The notes under the pieces: model-generated
What the model saw: only the letters and a program-made list of their open reading frames with translations
Databases searched by the model: none
What the model was told of the DNA's origin: nothing
Position numbers and translations under genes: made by a program
Assembly (NCBI GenBank): GCA_026914245.1
Contig: CP110439.1
Location: 4,030,001 to 4,094,000, forward strand
Source: Puccinia triticina
Taxonomy: Eukaryota
Length of the DNA: 64,000 bases
Direction of reading: 5' to 3'
Shown: piece after piece, positions 48,087-60,732 of the stretch
How the letters are laid out: the number at the start of each line of letters is the position of its first letter
How positions within the stretch are numbered: position 1 is the first letter of the stretch

Positions 48087-49343
48087 GGGGAGACTGCAAG
48101 TCAACGTTCAACATTTGAGTTGAACACTGGCTTGCCTTGCCTTGCAAGTTGCATGCGTGGGTCTACCTTGAAACTCCTTATTATCTGCCAATCCGGTCCA
48201 TCCTGGTTTGGACAGAAAAAGCCCACGGGTGCCCGTTGGACAGCCCACACCATTTAGCAACTGTGACGGGTTGGGCCAAATTCTGGGAATTTAACAAAAG
48301 GGGTGTCTGCGCCCGGCCCAAACCCGGCCGGGGCTCAGTTCCAATTACTATCCTTCAGCGCACCCACGCTGCGCTAGCGCTATTTTGTAACCATTTGGTG
48401 CTACTTTTGCACAAAATGAGTGCGCTAAATCTTTGAGTAGCCTCTCCCCCAATCCATTTAGCTGCACCGCGGCTTTGGCGTCATAAATTAGCGCCGCACA
48501 GCACTTTCACTCTTGTATGTAGTACACCGCAAAATATTAACCTTCCAGAAAGAATACAGTAAATACTGCAGATTGAAACTTTTTTCAACTGGTATAAGTT
48601 ATGTAAGAAAAAAAATGGCAAAAAGAAGCCAAAAAATTATTAACTTTTTTGGGGGACTTGCCATGGACACTCTCCACAGAAAAAGCCAAAAAAAGAAAAT
48701 GTGTATGTAAAATGTTCCAATTTTGCCACATATCCCAACGTCAAGTGACAGTTTCCCCACATGCTTGGCAGGAATTGCGAGGGGTCGGAATTACCAATAG
48801 TGTGTTTCATCGAGGAAGTTTCTTTAGAGTTGGTGTGGATTTGTTCTGCCAGGTGACATGTGCTTGACAGCCACTCGAACTCTGATCCGTTCGACGTCCC
48901 CCGCCAGCCCCGCCTGGTCGGCCAGTCCGAGTGGATAAACCCGCACCCGACCACCGGTTACTACTGAGTGGCATCATCAGCATGATCGAGCTCAACCACC
49001 GCTGACGACCAAGCACCGAGCATACATGGTCAACAGCCCAAGACCGGAAAGACTCCCACAGCTTCAGACCGACCACATTCCTATCTGCTAGCAACCTACC
49101 ACCCCCCCACCCCACAACCAGCTCGCTCACCATCGAACCTTCTCTCTAAGCACCAGCCCCTGGCCAGCAAGCTTCCATCCTCGCTTACTCCGGCTCCAGG
49201 TTGTTTCGAGTGCTGATATTGGTGTGTGGTGGTCTCTCCTGTCTGGGTCTCTTTGCTTGGAGCTTACTAACTTACTGGTTTATTTGTACCGATCCAGTTA
49301 CCTTCTCGTCTCCCTGTTCTTCGTTTACCTGATCACGCACGTG

Positions 49344-52012
49344 ATGGCTTTCAATCCGCCAGGTCAACAGCGTCAAGGGCTCTTAACCAACATGCCCGGC
49401 TTCTCTCTCTCGCATAACCGAAATCAAATGCACCAAAACTCACCAACACCCGGATCGATTCATCCAATCCAATCGAATACCACTGGTCCCGCCGGTAGAG
49501 GTGGGGCTGCGCTCGGGCTGAATCACTTTGGCAATGCGAACGGAATGGCTGGTTCGTCCATCTCCCCCTGCATTCTCGTCATCCTTTTCACTTTACTCAT
49601 CTCCTCCAGCCCGATCCTCCCTCCCTCCCCTCCCTCCTCACACGCCTCCTCTTCGATCGCTTCTTCACCGTATGATCTATACCCTCGCTTTCTTATCAAC
49701 ATCCAGTGGGACATCTTCCCTCATCTCATTCACAAACCCAACAGCAGCTCTCCAATCAACAGGAAGCATCACTCGATCCATCCGATTTTCCTGCCCTCGG
49801 GGCCGGGGCGCCTAGCTCAACCAACCCATCACACAATGCGTTGTCCTATGCATCCCATGTAAACGTTTCGAACGCCAACGGACTCCCCAGTGATAGAACA
49901 GTCGCTGCCACCCTGGCTGGTCAGCGCACAGATTTCACTCCAGATGACTTCCCAGCTCTGGATGCAACAGTCAACCAGCACCACCAGCAACAGCAACAGC
50001 AGCAGCAGCAGCTCAGCGGATCTGAGGGCACGGTCAGGGAAGCACGAGAACAAGCAAGTGCCGCTGCCGCTTTGACCGCCCAGATGGCAAGGCTAAATGT
50101 CGGGCAAAATAAAACGGCCGGAATGGCAGATTCTGACAATCGGGTACGCCGCAATGATCAAGTTGAATCCTTTCCAGTCTTTTTTTTTTTTGATGCAATT
50201 TCTATTTTCCGATCCTCGATCATTTCCCCAACGCTGGTCACTTTGACTCCGGCTGGAAATCATCCCTCGCTACCAGAACTTTCCCAATAAACCACCCCCT
50301 GGTTCAAATGCAGCTTTCCACAGCTCAATCGTTGGATCCTCACATCTTTCTAATGGGATCGGAAGCCTCAATTCCCACCATCCGCTTCAGTCTCAGCCGC
50401 CGACCCATCTGAGTCTGCAATCGGGAGCCATCCCGTCCTCAAATTCGCATCTCCATAGCACGCTACGGTCGCCTATACCACCGAACCTGACATCGATGCA
50501 GCCCCACCGGCCAACTAACCTGGGCAATTACCACTCGAACATCGGTCTAGCAAATGTCCCGACCACGCTGATTCATACACCCGGATCACAGAACCAATCG
50601 ATACAAGAACCTGGGGAAGCTAATAGTGGAGTCGAAAATCGATCGGGTGGCTCAGATCCTTCCTCCCAACCAACACCTCTGCTCGATCACGCCGGTAGCC
50701 TAGACTCGATCTCTCAAAACGCCAATTGCGTCTCGTCTGTCGTTCCCTTCTTTGCCCCACAGACACCCGCCGAACAGGTCCTATTCGGCCCGGCCGATCG
50801 TTTCGGATTAATGAACTTGTTACAAATCATTCGGCACGCTGATGCAGACTACTCGATGTTAGCCATGGGCAAGGATCTGACTCATCTGGGACTGGATCTA
50901 GGTTCCTCCGAGTGGGTGTTTCTTTTCCCGGCGTTTATAATTGAGTAGTTTTAGGCCCCGTTTGGAGCCGATATAATTGGGCGATATAATCTGGCAGACC
51001 TGATCAGATGTCACATAGGATGTCAGGCAAACTCATATATCGCCCGGATTATATCGGCTCCAAACAGGGCCTTACTTTTCATTACTAACTGTTACTTCTC
51101 CGATGGCCTTCTGCTCTGATTCCATCGCTACATAGGGCTTTGTATCCAAAGTTCATGAGTCCTTGGTCGGATTCCAAGCAAGTTGCTACCCACGCCGTCG
51201 AACCTGAATTCACTCTACCTGCTTGTTACCATGTTCAGCCTCAGCCAGTTCAAACGAAGTTGCCACAGTTCCACGAAGAAACCCTCTTCTTCATCTTCTA
51301 CTCACAACCTCGAGACTTGATGCAAGAACTAGCAGCACTAGAACTGTACGTCAGCGCGAGCCGTCAGATTTGCTGATTATCAATGTTACTCTTGATCTAT
51401 TCACAAAATCCGCGTTCTTTGTTGTGAATAGGTATAAGAAAAACTGGAGATACCATAAAGAGCTTCAATTGTGGCTAACTAAAGAATCTGGAACTGGACC
51501 GATGGAGAAAACTCCTCACTACGAACGCGGATTTTACGTCTTCTTTGATCCGACGATCTGGAAACGGGTTACCAAGGAATTTGTCCTACAATATGATCAA
51601 TTGGAGGTTCGTTTTTCCGCTTCTCTTTGAGCGCCTTTTTAATTGTGGAATGATGGATCCCAAAATCTGTGATCGTTCAACTGACTTGTTTGTCTCTGCA
51701 ATATCAATCCACACGGAAAACTTGAAACTCTAGGCTAAGCCTGCATTGGCTACCAACCCAGCAGCCCTACAAGCAGCCACCCAATTATCATTAGTATACA
51801 CGAGCAACGGACCGCATGGGAAAAACTCGCTATCGAGTGCCGCAAACAATAATTCGCAGCAACAGCAACAGCATCAGCATCAGCAACACCAGCAACACCA
51901 GCAACACCAGCAGCAGCAAGCGTCTCAACAACAACAGAACGCTCCGAACGTCCACCCGGCTCATCACATGATGCTCGGCAACAACCTCCCCGCCAACTTA
52001 GTCCCTGCCTAG
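49344..52012 (+). CDS. NOT2: CCR4-NOT complex subunit NOT2 (multi-exon)
   Basis: DRFGLMNLL..I, LAMGKDLTHLGLDL, LYPKFMSPWSD, EPEFTLPACY, EETLFFIFYSQPRD, LYKKNWRYHK...WLTK, ERGFYVFFDP..WKRVTKEFVLQYDQLE; polyQ tracts. Confidence 0.92.
50954..51071. mobile_element. 118-bp Tourist-like MITE in a NOT2 intron, TTA TSD
   Basis: TIR GGCCCCGTTTGGAGCCGATATAAT / ATTATATCGGCTCCAAACAGGGCC; TTA at 50951-50953 and 51072-51074. Confidence 0.88.
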
Positions 52013-53089
52013 ACTCACATTCGTGTCTGTCTTCCCTACTCCGGCTCCTATTACTACTAAACTTACTCTCTTGAAACTACGCTCACATACCTATTGCTTC
52101 ACAAAAACCGCTTCTTATGTGTTTGCTGTATGTTTGAGTGAGTGGGTCCTGTGTGTGCTTGTAACATGTATTCACTGTGACTTTTTCTTCTTCTTCTCCG
52201 TCCTCTGCTCTTTTTTTCTCAATTGAATTCTTAAATAACAACAATCAACCGTTCCCTCAACTCGTCGTACTTCATTTTTTGTTTTGTTTGGTGTTCCTCC
52301 TGCACCCACAAGCACCCTCAAACTCCAAAAGAGAAAAATTGATCTTGAGAATCAATCAGCTAAAACAGTACTCCACTGGGCTGTTCTTTTCATTGATTTC
52401 CATTAGAAATGTTTAAAATTCCAACATATGCATTCAAACATCTCTCATCAACAAGCAATGGATGAATAAAATTGAGTTACTTGAAGGTGTTCAGTGTTGG
52501 TTTGAAATTTGCACAGTTTTAATTTTTATCCATCCAGCATGAAACCTGCAATAACAACTTTCTGTGTACATGGAGTTTCACCAATCAGATTATGTAATCT
52601 GGAGGCGCCCCTTCAAATAAAGTGTTGTGATATTATGATTTGTGCATTCATAAGACTATGTAAACCAGCATCCAGGATAAGAAAAAGATTCTCAACTACC
52701 ACCAGTTGACTTGTAAGATACTCCAGCATAATTACTGTTGTACCTTGACTAAATTAAATCACAGTGCTTTTCCACAGTAACTGCATTGAAGCTTGGTTGC
52801 AACACATTCAAGTAACACCACCAGATTCCTATGAGTTCCAATGTCAACTTGGGGAAGTTGAGTGAATTTGTTTTGCAGTGCTTGGACACCTCAATTGAGT
52901 AAAAATATAAGCTGATGGCCTACCTGCCAATATTTCCCTCTACCCATCCAGTTGGGGATATGGATTCTGACTTATTCCGTTTTTTTCTTTTTTTTCATTG
53001 ATACTCCCTCCAAATCCATATGAGACCAGCAGAAGTTCTTATGGTGTTGTCTCAGAAGATGAGGGGTTCTGGTTGGAATAGCAACACTG

Positions 53090-53532
53090 TAACAGCTGCG
53101 CTGCTTTTAGCGCAGCGGTTTTTTTGTGCCGCTGCGCGCAGGGGCCAGACCGCTGTGCTAACCGCTTTTTGCTTTCCCTGAAAAAAAAGATAATTTTAGT
53201 GTGCTAAAAAAAGCGGTCATGTAGCGCTGAACCGCTGCGCTTCAGCGGGAGCGCAGCAGTTCAAAAAAGAGGAAGAAAAATGGTTTAAATCATGTTAAAA
53301 AAGGTTTAAAATGCACCAAACTTGCACTATCCCCTAAGTTAGCGGATAGCGCAGCGGATTTCCGCTTCTGCTGCGCTATCACTAATTACCCTGTATGGAT
53401 AGTGGTCAACAGCTGCATGTAGCGAGTAGCGCAGTGGTTTTTTAAACAGCTTCTGCTACATGCCTCTGGGATGTAGTGATGTGACCGCTGCACTGTGCTA
53501 AATGACCGCTTTTTTTAGCGCAGCCCAGCAGT
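53090..53532. mobile_element. TAGCGCAGCGG-rich MITE-like element
   Basis: Multiple TAGCGCAGCGG/CCGCTGCGCT copies in both orientations with imperfect terminal inverted similarity. Confidence 0.55.
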
Positions 53533-55168
53533 TAAAATGATGGGAATAGTATCTCCCTCTTCCATGGATCTGTAGTGAATAAGCTGTGACATGCATGTGA
53601 TACTGTGAAGATTTGATCTGAATTGCTGTAAATTGAGAACCAGACTAAAGAAACAACATTAGATTGATCAAGAAAGGAATTGGAAAGAACATCAGGAGAG
53701 AGAAGATGAGAAAGAATTACCACCACAAGAGAATTGAGATTCTGAGATAACCACGGACAGGAGAGAGTAGAGTAGGAACAAGGACACTGAAAAAGAGATA
53801 GAAGGAGAAAGGAAAAAGGGATTAGCCGAGGGAGGAATGGACCGAGGTTATCGTTGTTTGTTTCTCACCAAATTGGAGAGATGAGCCAATCGAGAGATTG
53901 ATAAGGAACTCGAGCGCTGTCGAGCCGGAATGAGTTTTGAGTCTTGAGCGATGTCGAGACGAATATTGAGGAGTTGAGTCTGAATGAAGTCAAGACGAGA
54001 GTGGTCACAAGGAAGGGAATGCAATGGCCGGAAAGGGATTGGGCCACCAGAAAGGGGAGGAGACGATGGAGCGGAAGCGAGGGAGGAAATGAGACTCAGC
54101 CCTTTCACAAGACTGTCACGGCGAAAACTCAACAGATACTCTATGATACACCATTCATGACAAGCCATCTGGCATCTCATAACAGAAGAGCTACTACTGT
54201 GTTTTGGCACACTCCTATAGCAAGGCTGAGTTGTGTTCAAGGAAATCAGGGAACAAAGATGAAATAGAGACCAATCTCACATAAGGAGATAAAATGAGGC
54301 TTACTTTTGTGTAGTATATTCTAGAAAGAGGGAGGAGGGCTGTGAAACTGATGATGCCTAGGCTAGAGTGGTTAAACAGAAACAAATGAGCAGTATTTTC
54401 AGGTATCCAGAAAGGCATATGAAATGAACAAGGTGGGAGAGGGAGTTTGATGCAGGGTGAAAAGTATTCTTATGCCAGGGCAGAGAGGGCACGACATGTG
54501 TGAGTTTCAGGGAATCAACAAGTAAATGAACGATTTTGGCACACACTGGTAGTTACCTGTCACTTTTTAGCATGTACTTGTCTGCGCTTGCAGGTACCCA
54601 TGGCAGGTACCTATGTGTTTAAACTTTTACTAAATCAAACAACCTGCATGCTCCAGCTGGCACTTTCAAGGCAGAAAGGACCTGCTCAAGAGTGGTGGGC
54701 ATCTCTAACAGATAACAAAGAATTGAATGTTTGTGAGGGACTTGGGGAATTTTTAGGCAGGGTGAGAAATATGAGATTAATGCTGAGAGGTGTTGGCTGG
54801 GTCGGAATTTTTTTCTGACTAGGGATTGAGCCATTCTTGAGGGGTCCTAGTACTGTGATTATTCTGTGTTTTGATTTTGATTTGTTGTTCATGTGAGACT
54901 TCTGGATTCAAGAATGGCATACCAAATCTGACTGGGGCTTGATGAATGATTAATAGTTCCCATTAATTTGATGTGAAACTGCTCTATTCAGGAATGGCAT
55001 ACCACAGCAAGTTGAGCTGATTATTTTTGGTTAGAGAGCCAAAAAAAATGAGAGAGCCAAATTGTATAAAGTATCAAATAGTTTACATGATACTCTGCAC
55101 CACTGGTCCAAGGTGAAACAATGTGAGACCAGAAAAACTGGATAATCTGTCAGAAACCAAAATGCAAG

Positions 55169-55242
55169 TGGTGCACTATTGGATTTGAACCCATGTCCTC
55201 AAACCTCATGAGTGATGCTTTTACAAACTAACACTACAGGCA
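55169..55242 (-). pseudogene. Degenerate tRNA-like sequence (tRNA pseudogene or SINE head)
   Basis: Minus strand: A-box-like TAGTGTTAGTTTG, B-box GGTTCAAATCC, 3' end GCACCA, ~74 nt; stems pair poorly. Confidence 0.4.
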
Positions 55243-56484
55243 AATAGCTGTTGTTCTTGCATGCAGCGTCACCTGCGCAGTGACTGCGGTCATCAAAATT
55301 AGGTGAAGCTGCGCGCAGGACTAATTTTGGCTTTTTGATGTGAGAGTTTCAAATATTTTGATGGAAATTTGATTACTATCCCTCCCAGAAGCATCAGTCA
55401 ATGCCTTCTTCATTCTTTTCCAAGTGCCCCCACAAACAACTAAGCCCCAATTGACATCAAGCATTGAAATGAAATTTTTACTCCTGGAGGCTTGAATAGG
55501 GACCTTTTTTTATTATTATTCTGCCATGATTATTGCAATTGGATAATAAAACTGGATGGGTTCCAACGGGGGTTTAAACCTCAGCACATTCTTCAATCAA
55601 GTGATCAAAACCAATAATGTTGGAGATATTGCTTGGAATTTTATGACCCATGATGATCAATGCTACAAATATATCACCTTGATGATTTGAGTGAAGGCCC
55701 CCAACCTTGAGGCAACTTATTGATCAGAGAATTTTTGCAGATGGCCGGCCCCTGGCCTTGTCCACTTTTTTCCTTTCTGAAATTGGACAATTCCAAAGCA
55801 GCAGCTCCCAACACTAGTGGGTTACATAATTTCTAGCATCATTCTCAACTAATTTCACACTAGTCTCACCTCCCTTGGACCATTATCCTGTATCAGCATT
55901 CTTCAAATTTTCCCAGGCATGAAGGAAAGTTTAAAAATAGCCCAACTGTGTCACAAGTTTAATTCAATCAAACCATGTTTTTTTGTAGAATAAATGGATC
56001 TTATAAATAGCTACAGTTCCGCATCAATTCATTTCTTAATTGAATATGTGTAAGGTGATATTTTGATTCAAGGGTTTCTATATCATATGAAGCAAACGTG
56101 GTATATAGCCGGGCTGCTCTTTATGATCATCTTTCCCCTGCCTCAGCCTCAGGGGTTAACGAGACACTGCAGTTAATAACTGCTTGGACCTTGCTGTCCA
56201 AGCAGTGCCCGCAGATTGTCCGAGGAATGGTCGGACTGGCATGGAAGATCTCAGAAGCTGGGCTAAAGAAAACTTAAAGTTTATTTGTCAAAGTGAAATT
56301 GAGTTCATTAAAATGCTTCTTATCAATTAAATATGTATGTATACGGTCACATAGTGCAAAGTGTTCAGTCACCATCTATCGTACATTACCTCTACCAGGT
56401 ATAAAAGAAATACAAAGGTTACACCAGAGATGAGATTCGGATGTAAATGAAATCAGATGGGAATGAATCAAGAAGAAAACGGGA

Positions 56485-58027
56485 TCAAGGTTGGTTCTGA
56501 GCTTGAGAGACTAATGCTGCTTCGGTGGTTTCGGAATCTTCAGTGCCCTCGATAAGCCAATCCTTGGTGATATAGTTGCGAATCGAATCAGCGCAAAGCA
56601 CAACGACATTAACGTCACTGTTTTTGCCGTATTTTTCCCAGCCTTCACCTGGACTGCTGCCATCATCCTGGTTAGCAGGTTTGAGGTAATTTAAGGCACC
56701 GTAGACTGCCTGGCCACTCGAGCCGCCACAGAGGGTACCTTCTAGCTTGATCATTTCCCTCAAGGTTTGGAAGGCTTCGGGGTCAGAAACCTTGATCCAT
56801 TGGTCGATAACCGAGTAGTCCAAGACCTCCGGCTCGAAATCATACCCCGTGCCTTCAGTTTGATAGTTCTGGACGCCGGCCTCGTTGAGGCTTTCCGGTT
56901 TGGCGAGGATCGATCCGACGGGGTCGACGGCAATCGATTTCACTCGCTCGGCGCCGTAGTGCTTCTTCAGTCGACGCGAAACCCCGCTGATCGTCCCTCC
57001 AGTCCCAGCACCCGCGATGAAAAGGTCCACTATCCCACTAGAAGGTCGACTTTTAGTCGATGGTGTGTTTTGGATGGCTTGGATGATTTCCAGTCCCGTT
57101 GTATCGTAATGAGTCTGTGGATCTTTTGTTGATAATACATAAGAACATAAAGTATCTAAGGAAGGCGCTATCCTCAAATGGGGACGTGTGATGAATGTGA
57201 GGTCTACTCAACTGAAACGATTCCCATATTGATTCAAGATTACACCACCGGGGATAGCTTTTTCAAGTCTTGCGGCAACAGATAGATGGCTTTCATAGCT
57301 ATCGAAAGCGGCCTCGGTAGGTGTCCTGACGATTTCCGTCCCGAGCGCTTTCATCATGTTGATCTTCTCTCTGCTCATCTTTTGAGGCATGACGATTATG
57401 CAGCGATAGTTTTTCACGGCTGCGGCCAGAGCAAGTCCGATCCCCGTATTACCACTCGTTGGTTCTATTCTGGAGACATAAGGAAGTAACGATAAGAGCT
57501 CAGAGAGTACTGCGCGCGCTTGACGTACAGAGGTATGAGAATGAGGTCCTTCAGAGAGACAGCCACCTGGGCTACTCACATGACACTTTTCCCTGGGGTT
57601 AAGATGCCTTCTCGCTCAGCTTCAACAACCATTCTGAGGGCAATCCTATCCTTGACTGATCCACCTGCGTTGTAGTACTCCAGTTTGGCCAAGAGGTTGC
57701 ATTTCAAATTGTATTTTTTCGCCAGTCTGTCCAATCTGATCAACGGAGTGGCGCCGATACAGCTCAAGACTGAATCACTGATGCTTAGGACCGAGTTGTC
57801 TATCCTTGGCATGATAGGATCATCTCTTTCTGGATTCTTAGCCACGGGCTCAGGGCTGCAATACGACCTTCATCCATCAGAATCAGAATCAGAAAGAAAG
57901 GTAGAGAGGAAACGGGGGTGGTGATTGGCAATGCACCAAGGCATGAATAAGAAAGGAGAGATTCGACTGACGCTAGTGCAGAAGCGATTGTGGAGTTCCC
58001 ATTGCGCAAGAGTTCACCGTGGGCCAT
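56485..58027 (-). CDS. CYS4: Cystathionine beta-synthase / cysteine synthase family PLP enzyme, catalytic core only (4 exons)
   Basis: [29 protein letters not shown] (PLP Lys), [60 protein letters not shown]. Confidence 0.88.
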
Positions 58028-59306
58028 GGTATCTTGGAAAAGCGTAGTTTGGAGAGTTCAAGAGTTTGGAGAACAAGCGAGCCAGGGATGATGTTGGGGT
58101 TGATGTTGTCTGAGAGGGATGAGTGAAATATACAGCCGAGCAGAACCGAGAAGGCGTGATATTCGGGTAGAATGGTATCATCAAGATTGGCCATCCTCTC
58201 ATCGAAAAGTACTCAACACCGCCCTCTTATCATACGGCTGGGTATGTGCTTGCACCGGACAGTCCAAGGATCAGACATTTACATAAAAAGTTGATAAATC
58301 ATCCGACGGTCATTCCACCTCGACATTCCCCTGGTAGCCCTGCAGTACCAGGGGGGAATAATCCTGAATAATCCCTTTTTTCTTTTAGCTTGGCATGGGC
58401 CATCCCATCTCCAGCTTTGGTATGTTATATCTAGGAGAAGATACCTACAGTTATTTTACATATTGTAAATATTCCTGGAACTCTTCACAGCCAATCAAAG
58501 GTTGTGTGATGATCAATGTGACTGCGTTGGATCAGCTGATGGGCAGCAACATAAGCTTGAAAAGGCCTCTTCCTTTTCGAAGAGGTGTGAAGACTTGCAC
58601 AGTACGTGGGAGAAGGCCTTCCCAACCCCTCATAGAACCAATCCGCCACTCTGTCACGACATCCTCTATGTCATGTGTGGATGACAGTTGACCCTCTGGG
58701 GAACCGTCGCAATCTGGGAGCGATCTGGGAAGCTCCCAGAGTCCCAAAGCCTAGATTTCCCTGCAAGATTTGGCTCCAATCTGGGTCTGGAAGGGGTTCC
58801 AAAAGATGTATCGCTCCACGGGGTTTTTTTGAGGCCACAGCCTGAGCAAACAGGAGAGGAGACCCCGAAGATTGCCGGAAGCGAGACGAGAAAATCCTGA
58901 GGGGTCACCAAAAGTTTACAACTTGATATAGAAGTTTACGTATTTTGCGTTCCTTTCTCATTTGCCGTCCTTTGTCTATCATGATACCGTTGATGGTGAT
59001 GCATTTGTATGTAGTCAAAGGAAGATGCTTGGATAAAATTCGTTGATGACACTCGACAACTACTTCCTTGTGCCTGAGCTGCCTTCCACATCCTCCACCA
59101 GAAACGAAAGCCTCGACACGCGATTCGTGATCAAGAAAAATGCAGGATCCATCCCCAAAAACATCGGTCGATTTCACCAAACAGCATCGGCTCCAAGGAG
59201 GCAAGTAGAAAGTACCACTATGTAGACTTATACCATCCCGGGTCTCCAATGACAATGTCATTAATATTATGATTAACCTCTTGATTTTTTTATCTGTATA
59301 GACGAG

Positions 59307-60488
59307 GTGATTCAGTGGTTCAGATGTCTGAGGAATATATGGGAAGCCGAACCGGGGTCTGAAGTTGTCGATGGCTCTCCGTCCAACCAACAAATGCCCT
59401 TGATTGACCACGTCAACTCGGAAGAAGATCTTCTAATCCGAGTACATTCGTGGATTCTACCTTACTTGAGAGAACAACTTGCCGCTCTCCTACCATTGCT
59501 GAAGCCAACCGAATTACAAACAGAGCCGGGGTCAAAACTTGATCTAATCTTAGAGCTCCAATTCAGAATCGCTGGAACCATGACTCGATTTCAATCTGCG
59601 ATTGCCATGATTTGTCCACAACCCTTGTGTTGCACAGAACGACTCGACGACCAATTTTTGAAACAATCCAAAGCTTACAGACTTGACACGCTCAGCGATC
59701 GCGCCCATGACTCAATCACATCGACGACCGCTTTTTTTGATGCGGCCAGGCAACACATCCAACAAATGGGACTCACTACACAGGAATCGGTTCATGAAGT
59801 TAACTCGGCTGCGTGTTATGTGAAATGCAACCAAGATGCATCGGACAAGATCGAGAAGACCATCTGCTGCTTGAAAGCGGGTTCTGAAATCGATTTTATT
59901 GAATATTTCTGGGCCTCGGATGTTAGATGGCTCGAGCAGTTTCCAGAAGACACATCTGAAATCTTCATCCCCGACAATCCCACTCGAGCTCAACTTCGAT
60001 TGACTCCAGAGAAAGTGCCTCCCGAACCGGTAATCAAGCTCATAAGGCTATCAATGCCAATCTCGATCCTATCCAAACTTTTTTTCAAGACGATACGTCG
60101 GATGATGAACACTAATAGGAGCCAGCTACCACCATATACGGCGATGAACTCCAAACAGCTAAAATGTCTATGCGAATCTGCTAGAGAAACTGGTCATCGT
60201 TTATGCAATCTCATTTGCCTCATGTATACAATCAAAGACACGGCCTACGGAGTCGAAACCCGGTATGCATGCCGGGAGGCCCGATCGCTTTTGGATGGTA
60301 TTTCTCCTCGCTTATCAGCTGTGCTGCTTATTGTGATGCTTCATATCGTTCCCATGGTCCCGAACACGGATGGCCTTTCCGATCAGAAATACTACAAGAC
60401 TTGGTTGACAATGTGGCATAATCTGATGGTTTCAGCAATTGATAACTTCGGACACTCCAGCCTGATAGTTGAACACATTCCCAATTAG
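59307..60488 (+). CDS. Lineage-specific helical hypothetical protein, main exon; true 5' end uncertain
   Basis: 393-aa ORF with LPYLREQL..L...L...EP.SKL.LILE, RLDDQFLK..KAYRL and Y(K)TWL.MW motifs, which I recall from an expanded Puccinia family. Confidence 0.7.
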   Translation: MIQWFRCLRNIWEAEPGSEVVDGSPSNQQMPLIDHVNSEEDLLIRVHSWILPYLREQLAALLPLLKPTELQTEPGSKLDLILELQFRIAGTMTRFQSAIAMICPQPLCCTERLDDQFLKQSKAYRLDTLSDRAHDSITSTTAFFDAARQHIQQMGLTTQESVHEVNSAACYVKCNQDASDKIEKTICCLKAGSEIDFIEYFWASDVRWLEQFPEDTSEIFIPDNPTRAQLRLTPEKVPPEPVIKLIRLSMPISILSKLFFKTIRRMMNTNRSQLPPYTAMNSKQLKCLCESARETGHRLCNLICLMYTIKDTAYGVETRYACREARSLLDGISPRLSAVLLIVMLHIVPMVPNTDGLSDQKYYKTWLTMWHNLMVSAIDNFGHSSLIVEHIPN

Positions 60489-60732
60489 ACTTCTTTCCCC
60501 CTTTTTTTCTCACTCTTTTTTGTTGTTATTCCCGAAGAAAATTGTGGATTAAATTATGTTGTGAAGAATACCTTCCTCTCGATGACCGGAACAAACCCGG
60601 TCATCGGCACGGCGTCTTGTAGCCGCTGCCCCTCGAACTTTGTTTTCCAGGGGCTGTGTACCCGACCAGTTGAGGCGGGTTAAAAATACCCGGGGAGCCG
60701 GCCCGGAGCCCGCCATCCATCTCACATTATTA

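Noticed and set aside
53780..54270. Possible gene fragment
   Set aside because: Coding-like composition but stops in the plausible frames and no motif I can recognise.
9401..60488. Functional gene cluster (oxidoreductase, peroxidase, CBS)
   Set aside because: Genes are 18-26 kb apart, interspersed with housekeeping genes and repeats, with no backbone enzyme or shared regulatory signal.
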